Source: an uncultured Actinomycetes bacterium (GTDB lineage Bacteria; Actinomycetota; Acidimicrobiia; Spongiisociales; DATADW01). From it: a DNA stretch of 64,000 bases. The position numbers were made by a program, and so were the translations under genes. The stretch is from the NCBI GenBank assembly GCA_963824995.1, contig CAWGRK010000013.1:1-64000 (forward strand). Reading direction: 5' to 3'. Position 1 is the first letter of the stretch. The number at the start of each line of letters is the position of its first letter. This document shows, piece by piece, positions 20,909-31,598 of this stretch. The notes beneath the pieces were generated by a model. That model was not told the DNA's origin. It did not search any database and saw only the letters and a program-made list of their open reading frames with translations.

Positions 20909-22117
20909 ATGACCGGCGCCAGTTTCCTGGCAGCAGCGGTGATCCTCGTGATCGCCGGCCTGATCCGCGCAGGGGCCGCAGGCCTGGCACGGCTGCCCCG
21001 CGCCGAGGCTCTCCACGCCGCCGCCGATGGGGTCTCGGGTGCCGCCACCGCGGCCGCGCTACTCGAGCGGGCTGATCGGGTCCGATCGGCCGTGGGCATT
21101 GTGCAGACAGTCCTCCTCGTACTGGCCACCGGCTTCGCCGCCGTCGCCCTCGCCGGGATCGCCTCGGGCCTGCTGCTCGTTCTCGGGTTGCTCGCAGTGG
21201 TCGCCCTGGTCGTTCTGATCGGACTGGTGTTGCCCGGGCTAGCTGGAGCACGCTGGCCAGAGTGGTTCGCCTATCGGTTGGCGGCCCTTCTCCGGATCGC
21301 CGCCGTGATGGGGCGGCCGGTGGTCACCGTGCCGGCTTCGGTCCCCGAGAACGGCACCAGCGAGGAAGAGGACGAGGCCGACACCGTGGAGCAGGAGTTG
21401 GATCTGATCACCTCGGTCATCGCGTTCGGAGACGCCGTTGTACGCGAAGTCATGGTGCCCCGGGCCGACATGGTTGTGATCGGTCGTGATGCCACCACCG
21501 ACGACCTCATGGATCTCCTGGTGGAGCACGGGTTCTCGCGGGTACCGGTGATCGGTGACGACCCCGATGATGTTGTCGGCATCTGCTACGCCAAGGACCT
21601 GTTGGCGATGATCGACCGCGGAGAAACGCCGGTACCTGTCTCCGCCGTCATGAGGTCGGCCGACTTCGTACCCGAGAACAAGCGAATCGCCGAGTTGCTC
21701 AAGGACATGCAGGCGACCAAGTCGCACATGTCGGTCGTCGTCGATGAATTCGGTGGCACCTCGGGTCTGGTGACCCTGGAGGACCTCTTGGAGGAGCTGG
21801 TTGGCGAGATCGTCGATGAGTACGACGTCGAGGTGCCGCTCGTCGAGGCGGAGGAGGACGGTGGGTGGCGGGTGGACGGCCGGCTGCCCGTGGCCGACCT
21901 CAGCGATCTGGTCGGTGTCCACTTCCCCGACGACGAGTGGGACACCGTCGGCGGCCTTGTACTGGGGTTGGCAGGAAGGGTGCCCGAGGAAGGCGAGACG
22001 CTCATCTCGGCAGGGGCGAGCTTTACCCCGCTTCGTGTTCAGGGACGCCGGGTTGCACAGGTTCGGGTACAGCGGCTCGACGGCGGAGAACGTCGGGCAC
22101 CTGATATGGCTTCGTGA
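20909..22117 (+). CDS. hemolysin-family CNNM/CBS/CorC protein
   Basis: TM N-terminus, VREVMVPR, FSRVPV, VDEFGGTSGLVTLEDLLEELVGEI. Confidence 0.92.
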   Translation: MTGASFLAAAVILVIAGLIRAGAAGLARLPRAEALHAAADGVSGAATAAALLERADRVRSAVGIVQTVLLVLATGFAAVALAGIASGLLLVLGLLAVVALVVLIGLVLPGLAGARWPEWFAYRLAALLRIAAVMGRPVVTVPASVPENGTSEEEDEADTVEQELDLITSVIAFGDAVVREVMVPRADMVVIGRDATTDDLMDLLVEHGFSRVPVIGDDPDDVVGICYAKDLLAMIDRGETPVPVSAVMRSADFVPENKRIAELLKDMQATKSHMSVVVDEFGGTSGLVTLEDLLEELVGEIVDEYDVEVPLVEAEEDGGWRVDGRLPVADLSDLVGVHFPDDEWDTVGGLVLGLAGRVPEEGETLISAGASFTPLRVQGRRVAQVRVQRLDGGERRAPDMAS

Positions 22118-23007
22118 GGTCGGGCTTCGTCGCCGTCGTCGGCCGGCCCAATGTGGGCAAGTCGACCCTGGTCAATGCCTTGGTGGGAGAGAAGGTGGCG
22201 ATCACCTCGACCCGGCCGGGGACGACGCGGTCGCGCATCCGCGGGATCATCACCGAACCCGCTGAGCCTGCCGTCCCCGAAGCCCAGGCGGTGCTGGTGG
22301 ACACCCCCGGGTTGCATCGCCCCCGGACCGTCCTTGGCGAGCGCCTCAACTCGATCGCCACCAAAGCGCTCGGGGAAGCCGATACCGTCCTCATGGTGGT
22401 CGACGCCACCGCTCCCGTCGGCCCGGGTGACCGTCTTGTAGCGGCAAGGGTCGGGGAAGCAGCGCGTCCCACCGTGGTGGCGGTAACCAAGACCGACGTC
22501 GCCCGACCGGCCCAGATCGCCGAGCGTCTCGGGGAAGCGGCCGAATGGGACCTCGATGCCTACGTGCCGGTGAGCGCGCTTCGTGGCGATGGGGTGGAAG
22601 CCCTGCGGGCGGAGGTCCTGAGCCGTCTCCCCGAGGGGCCCATGTTCTTCCCTAGAGAAATGACCACAGACCAGGCGGAGCACATACTCGTGGCCGAGGT
22701 CGTCCGGGAGAAGTTCCTCGACAGGCTCCGGGAGGAACTGCCTCACGCCCTCGTCGTGATCACAAGGAGCATCGAGGAGAGGTCGGACACTCTGGTCGTC
22801 ATCGAAGCCGATGTCGTGGTTGAGCGCGACTCGCAAAAAGGGATCGTGATCGGGGCGGGCGGGTCGATGCTCCGCATCGCCGGCGAGGAGGCCCGCGCCG
22901 AACTCGAGGCGCGTTTCGGGAGGCAGGTGCACCTGGCTCTCCGAGTCCGGGTGGAGCGGGACTGGCAACGCCATCCGACTCTTCTCGATCGGCTCGGATT
23001 CGAGTAG
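22114..23007 (+). CDS. era: GTPase Era
   Basis: GRPNVGKSTL, DTPG, REELPH, SQKGIVIG KH domain. Confidence 0.97.
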   Translation: MRSGFVAVVGRPNVGKSTLVNALVGEKVAITSTRPGTTRSRIRGIITEPAEPAVPEAQAVLVDTPGLHRPRTVLGERLNSIATKALGEADTVLMVVDATAPVGPGDRLVAARVGEAARPTVVAVTKTDVARPAQIAERLGEAAEWDLDAYVPVSALRGDGVEALRAEVLSRLPEGPMFFPREMTTDQAEHILVAEVVREKFLDRLREELPHALVVITRSIEERSDTLVVIEADVVVERDSQKGIVIGAGGSMLRIAGEEARAELEARFGRQVHLALRVRVERDWQRHPTLLDRLGFE

Positions 23008-23038
23008 ACGGGGCCCCGAGCCGGGTACCGTGCTGTCG

Positions 23039-23776
23039 GTGCCGCCCATCCAGCTAATGGTCACCTGCCTGATCGACGCCTTGGTCCCAGAGGTGGGTGA
23101 GGCCGTGGTCGAGGTACTGGAGCGGCGCGGCTTAGAGGTCGAGTTTCCCGAAGCCCAGACTTGTTGCGGCCAGCCGGCATTCAACGCCGGGCTGTCGGCT
23201 GAGGCGGCACGGATGGCAGCTCACACCGTCAAGGTATTCGATGCCACCGCGGGGCCGATCGTGGCGCCGTCGGGCTCCTGTACCGCCTTCCTCATCCACC
23301 ACGCACCCTCGCTGCTCGCCGGCGAGGAGGAAGCGGATGCGGCGCACCGGGTGGCTGCCCGGGTGCGCGAGCTATCCGTGTTCCTAGACGAGGATCGGGC
23401 TGTTGAAGATCGCAGCGATGCTCCCGAACCGGTTCGGGTTGCCTGGCACCCGTCGTGCCACGGGTTACGCGAGCTGGGGATCACCGATCAGCCCATGCGT
23501 CTACTGGACGGCGTATCTGGTGTCGAGCGGGTGGAAATACCCGGCGCTGATGAGTGCTGCGGCTTCGGAGGGCTTTTCTCCGTGGAGATGCCCGAAGTCT
23601 CCGCAGCGATCCTCAAAGCGAAGCTGGACTCCATCGAGGCGTCGGGGGCTGATGTGGTAGCCGGCGGAGACGTCAGCTGCCTGCTCCACATCGGCGGGGG
23701 GCTGCGGAAGCGGGGGAGCGAGATCCGCGTGTGCCATCTCGCCGAGTTGTTGGCGGGGAGAACCGGCGGGTGGTGA
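23039..23776 (+). CDS. lutA: lactate utilization protein A (CCG domains)
   Basis: QTCCGQPAFNAG, HPSCH, ECCGFGG. Confidence 0.92.
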   Translation: MPPIQLMVTCLIDALVPEVGEAVVEVLERRGLEVEFPEAQTCCGQPAFNAGLSAEAARMAAHTVKVFDATAGPIVAPSGSCTAFLIHHAPSLLAGEEEADAAHRVAARVRELSVFLDEDRAVEDRSDAPEPVRVAWHPSCHGLRELGITDQPMRLLDGVSGVERVEIPGADECCGFGGLFSVEMPEVSAAILKAKLDSIEASGADVVAGGDVSCLLHIGGGLRKRGSEIRVCHLAELLAGRTGGW

Positions 23777-25233
23777 CCGAACCCCGTTTTGGCGTCACTG
23801 AACGCGCTCATACCGCTCTCGGTGACGCCCAAGCCATTCCGGTGACCTTCCTGGGGCGGGCGAAGCGGGATCTGGGCACCGCCAAGGTGGCGGCGGTGGA
23901 GGACGGTGCCCGCCGTCTCTACCGTCACCGGGCCGAGGCAGTGGCCGGATACCCGGCGATGGAGGAGATGAGGGCGCGTGCCCGGGCCGGGCGTATGAAC
24001 GCCCTCCGAAATCTGGACACCCTGCTGGGCCGGTTCGCCGATCAGGTGGAGGTTGCGGGCGGCAAGGTCTGGTGGGCGGCGGACGCCGCCGAGGCGAATG
24101 CCATCGTGACCCGGATCGCGGCCGATGCCGGCGCCGGGCTGGTGGCCAAATCCAAGTCGATGGTCACCGAGGAGACCGAGCTGAACCACGCACTCGAGGC
24201 CGCCGGAATCGAAGTAGTCGAGACCGATCTGGGCGAGTTCATCGTCCAGTTGGGAAACGACCGGCCGTCGCACCTCATCGCACCCATTCTCCACACCACC
24301 CGGTACGACGTCGCCCGGCTGTTCACCGAGAAGCTCGGAGTGGCTTACACGGACGTTCCGGAGGAGCTCAACGACATCGCCCGGCAGCATCTGCGCCGCG
24401 TCTTCCTCAGCGCCGACGTCGGGGTCAGCGGTGTCAACATCGGCATCGCTGACACCGGCACGGTGGTCCTGGTCACCAACGAGGGCAACGGGCGCTTTGT
24501 CACCAGCGCGCCCCGTGTCCACATCGCCATGATGGGGATGGAGCGGTTGGTGGAGACCGTGGACGAGGCGGCTGCGGTGCTCGAGGTGCTCGCCCGGTCT
24601 GGAACGGGTCAAAGGCTGTCGGTGTACACCACGATGCTCACCGGGCCCCGACGGCCGGGCGATCCGGACGGGCCCGATGAGCTCCATGTCGTGATCCTGG
24701 ACAACGGCAGGTCACGGGTCCTGGGGTCGAACGTCGCCGAGGTTCTCGCCTGCATCCGCTGCGGGGCCTGTCTCAATGTCTGTCCCGTCTATCGGCGGGT
24801 GGGCGGCCACTCTTACGGGAGCGTCTACGCCGGGCCGGTCGGTGCCGTACTCACTCCAGCACTGGAAGGGCCTGAGGGGTGGGCCGACCTCCCCTATGCG
24901 TCGACGCTCTGTGGGGCGTGCCGGGAGGTGTGCCCCGTGGGAATAGACCTGCCCGGCCTGCTGCTCGTCTCGCGGGCAACCACGGCGATCCGCGGTGGGC
25001 TCGAACCCGGGCTGCGCCGCACGGTGCGCGCCTATGCCGCAGTAGCGACCCGCCCTCGGGCGTGGGGTTTCGCACTTGCCGCTGCCGGTCAATCGGCTCG
25101 CCTCGTCCCGGGCAAGGGCTGGATCAAGTCACTCCCCTGGTACGGCGCCGCTTGGACCGAGAGCCGGGACCTGCCCCGTCCGGCCACCCACAGCTTTCGA
25201 CACCGATGGAAGGAACGCCGGCATGGAGCGTGA
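23773..25233 (+). CDS. lutB: lactate utilization protein B (Fe-S)
   Basis: KSKSMVTEE, ETDLGE, TNEGNGR, CIRCGACLNVCPVY. Confidence 0.95.
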   Translation: MTEPRFGVTERAHTALGDAQAIPVTFLGRAKRDLGTAKVAAVEDGARRLYRHRAEAVAGYPAMEEMRARARAGRMNALRNLDTLLGRFADQVEVAGGKVWWAADAAEANAIVTRIAADAGAGLVAKSKSMVTEETELNHALEAAGIEVVETDLGEFIVQLGNDRPSHLIAPILHTTRYDVARLFTEKLGVAYTDVPEELNDIARQHLRRVFLSADVGVSGVNIGIADTGTVVLVTNEGNGRFVTSAPRVHIAMMGMERLVETVDEAAAVLEVLARSGTGQRLSVYTTMLTGPRRPGDPDGPDELHVVILDNGRSRVLGSNVAEVLACIRCGACLNVCPVYRRVGGHSYGSVYAGPVGAVLTPALEGPEGWADLPYASTLCGACREVCPVGIDLPGLLLVSRATTAIRGGLEPGLRRTVRAYAAVATRPRAWGFALAAAGQSARLVPGKGWIKSLPWYGAAWTESRDLPRPATHSFRHRWKERRHGA

Positions 25234-25887
25234 GCGCTTCCTAGCCTCGGTAAGGGCAAACGCAGCCATCGGGATACTTCCCACCGCCCCCCAGACCACA
25301 ACCGGGCCACCCAACTTGCCCGACGTCGATCTCGTGGAGACCTTCTGTGCCCGTCTCGGAATCATCGGTGGTCACGCCCACCGGTGCACTGTCGAGGAGA
25401 CGCCCAGTCAGGTCCTCGACCTCCTCGGCGAGTACGAGGCCACCGCACTGATCGCCTGGGACGACCTCCCGGTGTCGGGGCTGCGCGGTCTGCTCGAACG
25501 AGGCAGGAGTCGAAATCCTGACCTCTGTCCCTCCCAGCTGATCGGGCGGACCGTGCCCATCACCTCGGCGGCTACCTCGGACTTGCGGCGGGACTGACCG
25601 GCGCCGATGCCGGGCTCGCCGAGTCCGGGTCGGTGGTGCTCTCTCACGGCCCGGGCCGCCCTCGGCTCGCCTCGCTGGCTCCCGAGGTCCACATCGCCCT
25701 TCTCCCGGCGAGCCGAGTCGTGCGCTCCTTCGCCCACCTCCTGTCCGAAGAGCCGGATCTGATCACCGGGACAGCCAACCTCGTGGTCATCACCGGGCCA
25801 AGTCGCACCGCCGACATCGAGCAACGGCTCACAATCGGGGTGCACGGCCCGAGACATATCCACGTCATAGTGCTCGAGGATGCGTGA
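25223..25887 (+). CDS. lutC: lactate utilization protein C (frameshifted)
   Basis: C-terminal ITGPSRTADIE...GVHGP; N-terminus in another frame. Confidence 0.88.
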
Positions 25888-26076
25888 GCACGCCCGTCGG
25901 CTGAGGCTATGGCGGGTCGGGGCCCCGTGGTGTATTGTGTCCGAGGGGACTGGTTCAGGGCCGAAAGTTGCATACATGCCGCCACGAAAGTGCGACCGAC
26001 TGCGCCCATACCCTCCGACGGTCGTCGAGCTCCGTACTCGCTCACTCAGCTCGCCGGGCTGCTGGACTAACACGCT

Positions 26077-26610
26077 GTGAGTGAGGCCCGATTGATTCTC
26101 ACCTGCGGGTTGCCCGGAGCGGGCAAGACCGCACTCGCAACGCAACTGGCCGCGGACCGGAGTGCCGTGCGCCTCACGAAAGATGAATGGCTGTGGGCCC
26201 TTGGCTCAAGTCCATGGGACAGAGCCACTGGAGAGAAGATCGAACAGGAACTCTGGCGCTTGGCCCAAGAGATCCTGAGGCTCGGCCTGAGCGTCGTCCT
26301 CGATTTTGGGCTTTGGGCGCGGATCGAACGTGACGAGATGCGATCCGTGGCTCGTGGCCTTGATGTCGGCGTCGAACTGCACTACCTCGAAGTGCCTACC
26401 GACGAGCTCTGGCGGCGCATCGAGGTACGGAACTCGGCGCCACCGTGGGACAACGAACCCATCAGTCGCGCCCAGCTCGACGAGTGGCTGGACGCGTTCC
26501 AGGCCCCCGATGCTGCAGAGCTGGCGCTGTTCGATCCCCCGCCAGATTCACAGCGGGCGGCCCACCAAGGAGCGGTTCCTCCTTCCGCGGTGCCGCGGGC
26601 CGATGCTTGA
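26077..26610 (+). CDS. P-loop kinase-like (AAA_33 type) protein
   Basis: CGLPGAGKT, VVLDFGLW. Confidence 0.85.
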   Translation: MSEARLILTCGLPGAGKTALATQLAADRSAVRLTKDEWLWALGSSPWDRATGEKIEQELWRLAQEILRLGLSVVLDFGLWARIERDEMRSVARGLDVGVELHYLEVPTDELWRRIEVRNSAPPWDNEPISRAQLDEWLDAFQAPDAAELALFDPPPDSQRAAHQGAVPPSAVPRADA

Positions 26611-26729
26611 TCGTCGGTCCTACGATGGCTTCGCAGAACGGTGGGGCGTTCCCCCGGATTTCCCCCACTCGGCGGACAATTCACCCGGCCACTCGACGTC
26701 GTCACGGCTCGCTCACGTTCAGTAGTCGC

Positions 26730-26975
26730 TCATCGCCCTCCCACCGTGCAAACCCCGCAGAACCCGATGGTCCGGTCGAACCCAAGCGTCAACGCCTGCT
26801 CAAACTTGGCTCGCACGAATTCCGGAGTCACCCCGACCCAGCGGATGTCCGGATCCTTTGAGGCCAATCCGCAGGACTCCGTATGCACCATGTCAAACCC
26901 GCTGGGCGAAACGGAAAGCACGAAAGTCCGCTGGTCGAGGTCGTCCCTCAGTCTCCAGTCGTTTATGTCATCCAT
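26730..26975 (-). CDS. hypothetical protein
   Basis: 81-aa ORF with AAAGGTGG RBS-like sequence; no recognised family. Confidence 0.4.
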   Translation of the reverse strand: MDDINDWRLRDDLDQRTFVLSVSPSGFDMVHTESCGLASKDPDIRWVGVTPEFVRAKFEQALTLGFDRTIGFCGVCTVGGR

Positions 26976-27457
26976 CGTCGTTCCACCTTTCCCCCGGGCG
27001 AGCGGGTCCGCGTCGGCGCTCCAGTTAGCTTCGCAGTCGTCGCCGCCGGTTGTCTTGCCGTGGCAGCGACGGCCTGTACCGAATCCTCGCCCACGTAAAG
27101 GGATATGTGTATTCGTTGCCGTGGTTACCTCTACCCCGAATGGGTATCACTCGGCCAAGCCTGCGTCGGCGTGGCTGGTCTCATAGGTGTGCCGAGCCGG
27201 CGGGTCACCTTCCGAGCCGGCAGCACCGGGAGCATCCTCGAACTGGTACGCCACCGATCCGCCGGGCGAAGAACATGCCACCACGTAAAGAGCCAACATC
27301 GCCAGAAGGGACCTTCTCACCCTTGCAAGCGAACGTATCACTCGACGTTGTTCACCGCTTCGGAGCCGTATGTCGAGTTTTCCCCCGGAGTCAGGCTGTG
27401 CGTCCAAACTCGACTTCCGCGACCATTCTGAGAAATACCCATAAGGAGGAGGCGATC

Positions 27458-27736
27458 GTGGCGCTGCTGTCGTCGAGCGAGCGTGAGACCCTGACCAATG
27501 ATCACCCTGACTGGGATGTAGCCGGGGAGGAGGTCAGCCGCCAGTTCGAGTTCTCCGACTTCAACGAGGCGATGGGCTTCGTGACGAGGGTGGCTCTCGC
27601 CGCTGAGAAGGCCGATCACCATCCCGATGTCGACATCCGTTGGAACAAGGTGAAACTGGTGCTCTCGACGCATAGTGAGGGAGGGCTGACCGGAAACGAT
27701 GCAGAGATGGTCGCAACCATCGACGACTTGATCTGA
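27458..27736 (+). CDS. phhB: pterin-4-alpha-carbinolamine dehydratase
   Basis: AEKADHHPDVDIRW, LSTHSEGGLT; AAGGAGG RBS before GTG. Confidence 0.93.
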   Translation: MALLSSSERETLTNDHPDWDVAGEEVSRQFEFSDFNEAMGFVTRVALAAEKADHHPDVDIRWNKVKLVLSTHSEGGLTGNDAEMVATIDDLI

Positions 27737-27769
27737 TCCACCACTGGCCCCGGTCTAACGTCGGGCACC

Positions 27770-28483
27770 ATGGGTCTCCGCCACGACCAGGGCATCGTCC
27801 TTCGCGCCTACCCATTCGGCGAGGCAGACCGGGTGGTGGTGTTGATCAGCCCCAACACGGGGCGGTTGGGGGTCGTCGCCAAAGGAATCAGGAAGACCAA
27901 GAGCAGGTTCGGTGGGAGACTCGAGCCATTCACCCACGTGGATCTGGTTCTCTACGAGGGCCGGAGCCTGGCCACGGTGACCCAGGTGGAGGTGATCGAG
28001 GCGCACCCGGTGCTCCGTCGCCATCTCGACCGCGTCGTGACCGCCGGGGCGATGGTCGAGGCCGTGGATGCCGTCGCCCAGGAGGCGGAGCCTTCCGCCC
28101 GATTGTTTCTGCTCCTCCAGCGAGGGCTGCGGGCGCTCGAGACAACCGGCAGTTCTCCCGACCTGCTGACCGCCTACCTGCTCAAACTGGCAGCGGCCAT
28201 CGGGATGGCGCCCTCGTTCGACCGTTGTGCCGGGTGCGGCGGATCGGGACCACTGCGTTTCAGCTTTGACGCCGGGGGGGCGGTGTGCCAGCGGTGTCGG
28301 CCGGAAGGGACCGTCCGGCTCAGGCCCGGTGTGGCCGAACGGCTTGCCGTCCTCGCCATCGCCGATCTGGGCGAACTCCCCTCGGACGATGATGCCCTGG
28401 CCGGCGAGGCATTCGGTGTCACCCGGAGATTTGTCGAGCATCATCTCGATCGTCGCCTGACCGCGGCGACGGTCGAGTGGTGA
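27770..28483 (+). CDS. recO: DNA repair protein RecO
   Basis: GEADRVV, KGIRKTKSRFGGRLEPF, C4 zinc finger. Confidence 0.96.
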   Translation: MGLRHDQGIVLRAYPFGEADRVVVLISPNTGRLGVVAKGIRKTKSRFGGRLEPFTHVDLVLYEGRSLATVTQVEVIEAHPVLRRHLDRVVTAGAMVEAVDAVAQEAEPSARLFLLLQRGLRALETTGSSPDLLTAYLLKLAAAIGMAPSFDRCAGCGGSGPLRFSFDAGGAVCQRCRPEGTVRLRPGVAERLAVLAIADLGELPSDDDALAGEAFGVTRRFVEHHLDRRLTAATVEW

Positions 28484-28489
28484 CCAGCA

Positions 28490-29242
28490 GTGAACGATCT
28501 CGATCTGTCAGCGCTCGATAAGGAGCGGATCCCGCGCCATGTAGGGCTGATCCTCGATGGAAACGGTCGTTGGGCTCAGGCCAGGGGAATGCCGCGTACC
28601 GCCGGGCATCTCGCCGGCGAGACCGCGCTGTTCGACACCGTGGAGGGTGCCCTTCAGATCGGGATCGGGTGGCTCACCGCATTCACCTTCTCCACCGAGA
28701 ATTGGCGGCGGTCCGATGATGAGGTCGAATTCCTCATGTGGTTCAACGAGGACCTCTTGGTGCGCAGGCGTGATGACCTCCACCGCGACGGGGTGCGGAT
28801 GCGATTCGCCGGTGACTTGAGCGATCCACGGATCCCCGACCGGAACCGCCAGCACATGTCGGATGCCGAAGAGAAGACGGCGGGAAACGACAGGCTCACC
28901 CTGGTGTTCGCCTTCAACTATGGGAGCAGGAGGGAGCTGACCGAGGCAGGGCGTCGGCTGGCGGCCGCGGCAGTTGCCGGAGAGATCGATCCCGATGACA
29001 TCGATGAGGAGATGTTCTCCACCAACCTGTACCTGGCCGACATGCCAGACCTCGACCTGGTGGTGCGCTCATCCGGCGAGCACCGCATCTCGAACTTCCT
29101 GCTGTGGCAGGCGGCCTACGCCGAGTTGGTCTTCCCAGGGATCCTCTGGCCCGACTTCGATCGAGTTTCCCTCCTCGATTGCGTCCTCGAATACCAGCAA
29201 CGGCAACGGCGATTCGGAGGGGCCGAAGGATTGGCAACCTGA
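28490..29242 (+). CDS. uppS: isoprenyl transferase (undecaprenyl diphosphate synthase family)
   Basis: LDGNGRWA, FSTENWRR, RSSGEHRISNFLLWQ. Confidence 0.96.
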   Translation: MNDLDLSALDKERIPRHVGLILDGNGRWAQARGMPRTAGHLAGETALFDTVEGALQIGIGWLTAFTFSTENWRRSDDEVEFLMWFNEDLLVRRRDDLHRDGVRMRFAGDLSDPRIPDRNRQHMSDAEEKTAGNDRLTLVFAFNYGSRRELTEAGRRLAAAAVAGEIDPDDIDEEMFSTNLYLADMPDLDLVVRSSGEHRISNFLLWQAAYAELVFPGILWPDFDRVSLLDCVLEYQQRQRRFGGAEGLAT

Positions 29243-29344
29243 AGCTGACGGCAGGAGCCCTACGCGTGGAGACCCCACGCGGGTCGTCGGTACTCTCTGC
29301 TCCATGAGTGTGCGAAGTGCCCGCACCGGGTAGATGGACGGCCG

Positions 29345-30055
29345 ATGAACACTCCCGACGTCCCGTCTGTTCCCGCCGCCCAGGGCCCGGAGGGCGATAC
29401 ATCGGCGTCTGACCGGAGCGGCATTCTCGCTGCGGCGGGCGGGGTGGTCCAGGCGGTCACCGGGTCGCTGGCCAAGGGAGGTCAGGCGTCCGCCTCAGCC
29501 GTTGCGCGCTCCGCGGACGGCGCGGCGACAGTCCTCACCAGGAGGGTCATCAGAGCTGCACTCGCCCAGCCCCGCGCTGTCGAGGAAACCGCTTCGCTCG
29601 CCAGGGCTTTGGTGACCCGCCCGACGGGGTCGGCATTTGCAGGCCCGGTCGCTGCCATGGCAGCCAGTGTCGCCCGAAAGGTCGGTGCCCTCAGTTTTCT
29701 CACCCGTCGCACACCGATGTGGCTCCTGGCCACCGCGGTTCCCGCCCTCTGGGCGGCGGTGGCGCGAGGGACGAATGAGTTGAGCGCTCTCGCCTCGTAT
29801 CTGGCCCTGCGTGCCAGATCCGAAGGGATCGAACCCGATCCGGACCGTCTGGAAAGAGCTGTTGTGCAACTCGCCATGGGCCAACCGGTGGATCCGAATT
29901 CGGAGGTCAGACACGGTCCGCTCGTTCTGCGTTGGCTCGGCTCCGGGGCCTGGGGGATCGTGGCGATGGGCAACCGAGGTCGCTCCGACCCAAGGCGCCT
30001 GGCCGCCGCCGCCGCCGCCGTCCCACCTTGGATACTCAGAGATCCGAGTACTTAG
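29345..30055 (+). CDS. hypothetical protein
   Basis: 236-aa Ala-rich ORF fitting between uppS and glyQS. Confidence 0.6.
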   Translation: MNTPDVPSVPAAQGPEGDTSASDRSGILAAAGGVVQAVTGSLAKGGQASASAVARSADGAATVLTRRVIRAALAQPRAVEETASLARALVTRPTGSAFAGPVAAMAASVARKVGALSFLTRRTPMWLLATAVPALWAAVARGTNELSALASYLALRARSEGIEPDPDRLERAVVQLAMGQPVDPNSEVRHGPLVLRWLGSGAWGIVAMGNRGRSDPRRLAAAAAAVPPWILRDPST

Positions 30056-30067
30056 TACTTAGTACTC
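30047..30067. repeat. heptamer array (AGTACTT)x2 + AGTACTC
   Basis: overlaps and follows the stop of the hypothetical gene. Confidence 0.8.
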
Positions 30068-30135
30068 AGACAGGTCCTCCGGAGGACGGGGAGAGGATAT
30101 GGCGGGTCCTTGCACCCGGCGTGGGATTGATGATT

Positions 30136-30170
30136 CGTCCGCCGTCCGCCGTCCGCCGTCCGCCGTCCGC
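30136..30170. repeat. heptamer array (CGTCCGC)x5
   Basis: five exact units just downstream of glyQS stop. Confidence 0.9.
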
Positions 30171-30174
30171 CGTG

Positions 30175-31482
30175 CTATCTACCCAGCGAGGTTTCGAGGT
30201 GCTCGCTGAGGCGGTCGATCGAGACCCGGACCTGCTCCATGGTGTCGCGGTCGCGCACCGTGACGGCGCGGTCGTCGAGCGAGTCGAAGTCGAAGGTGAC
30301 ACACAGGGGCGTCCCAATTTCGTCCTGGCGTCGGTACCTCCGCCCTATCGATTGGGTGTCGTCGTACTCGACCATGAACTTGGGACGGAGCAGGTCGGAG
30401 AGCTTTTCGGCCTCGGCGGTGAGCTCCGGTTTACGGGACAGTGGGAGGACGGCGACCTCGTACGGTGCGAGACGTGGGTCGAGACGAAGCACGACCCGGC
30501 GCTCGCCGCGCACTTCTTCTTCGTGATAGGCATCGATCAAGAAGGCGAAGGTGGTACGCGTCGCTCCGGCGGCAGGCTCGACCACATGGGGGAAGAAGCG
30601 CTCACCACTTGCCTCGTCGAAGTAGCTCAGGTCAACCCCGGACCGCTCAGTGTGCGCCTTCAGGTCGAAGTCGGTCCGGTTGGCGACACCCTCGAGCTCA
30701 TCCCACCCCCAGGGAAAGGCGTACTCGATATCCGATGTTCCAGCCGAGTAATGCGAAAGCTCGTCGGCGTCGTGTGGCCTGATCCTGAGACGGTCCTTGT
30801 TCATCCCGAGTTCGGTGTACCAACGGAAGCGCTCCTCCACCCAGTACTCGAACCACGTGGCCGACTCCTCGGGCCGGCAGAAGAACTCCATCTCCATCTG
30901 TTCGAACTCACGGGTGCGGAAGACGAATTGGCCCGGGGTGATCTCGTTTCGGAAGGACTTGCCCAACTGGGCTATACCGAAGGGGAGCTTGAGCCGGGCG
31001 GCGCGACGCACATTCTCGTAGTTGATGAAGATCCCCTGGGCTGTCTCAGGTCGTAGATAGACCACCGCGGCTTCGTCCTCGACCGGCCCCATGAAGGTCT
31101 TGAACATGAGGTTGAACTGGCGCGCCTCTCCGAATGTCCCGCGTTGCCCGCAGTGGGGGCACAGATCGGGATCGTCCAGCTTGTCGAGCCGCCAGCGTGT
31201 GTTGCAGTTGGAGCACTCCACAAGGGGGTCGGTGAAGGAGGCGAGGTGACCTGACGCGGCCCATACCTCAGGTGACTGGAGGATGGCCGAGTCGATCCCC
31301 ACGATGTCGGAGCGCAACTGGACCATGGACCGCCACCATTCGCTCTTCACGTTGCGCAGCAGTTCGACGCCAAGAGGCCCGTAGTCGTAGGCGGAGCGGA
31401 GCCCGCCGTATATCTCCGAGGCCTGGAAGACAAATCCGCGGCGCTTGGCCAGGTTGGCGATGGTGTCGAGGGTGATGGTCAT
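30175..31482 (-). CDS. glyQS: glycine--tRNA ligase (alpha2 type)
   Basis: [39 protein letters not shown]. Confidence 0.98.
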   Translation of the reverse strand: MTITLDTIANLAKRRGFVFQASEIYGGLRSAYDYGPLGVELLRNVKSEWWRSMVQLRSDIVGIDSAILQSPEVWAASGHLASFTDPLVECSNCNTRWRLDKLDDPDLCPHCGQRGTFGEARQFNLMFKTFMGPVEDEAAVVYLRPETAQGIFINYENVRRAARLKLPFGIAQLGKSFRNEITPGQFVFRTREFEQMEMEFFCRPEESATWFEYWVEERFRWYTELGMNKDRLRIRPHDADELSHYSAGTSDIEYAFPWGWDELEGVANRTDFDLKAHTERSGVDLSYFDEASGERFFPHVVEPAAGATRTTFAFLIDAYHEEEVRGERRVVLRLDPRLAPYEVAVLPLSRKPELTAEAEKLSDLLRPKFMVEYDDTQSIGRRYRRQDEIGTPLCVTFDFDSLDDRAVTVRDRDTMEQVRVSIDRLSEHLETSLGR

Positions 31483-31537
31483 TGGTCGGGAGGCGATCGT
31501 ACAGCGGGTTCGAGCCCACACCGGCGTGCAGATACCG

Positions 31538-31580
31538 TTGACACCCCCAGCCCTCCTGTTTACCGTGGAAGCGGTTCCAC
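31538..31580 (+). promoter_or_regulatory. sigma-70 promoter (TTGACA-N17-TACCGT) overlapped by LacI-type operator GTGGAAGCGGTTCCAC
   Basis: -35 at 31538-31543, -10 at 31561-31566, near-perfect palindrome at 31565-31580. Confidence 0.8.
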
Positions 31581-31598
31581 CGCAATTGGGGGGTCCCC

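Noticed and set aside
25890..27450. Integron cassette array
   Set aside because: No integrase and no repeated attC-like structures found.
30047..30170. CRISPR array
   Set aside because: Repeats are contiguous 7-mers without spacers, and no cas genes are present.
29932..31056. Long antisense and alternate-frame ORFs (e.g. opposite glyQS, leuS, lutB)
   Set aside because: Shadow ORFs expected in high-GC DNA; they overlap well-supported genes and lack motifs.
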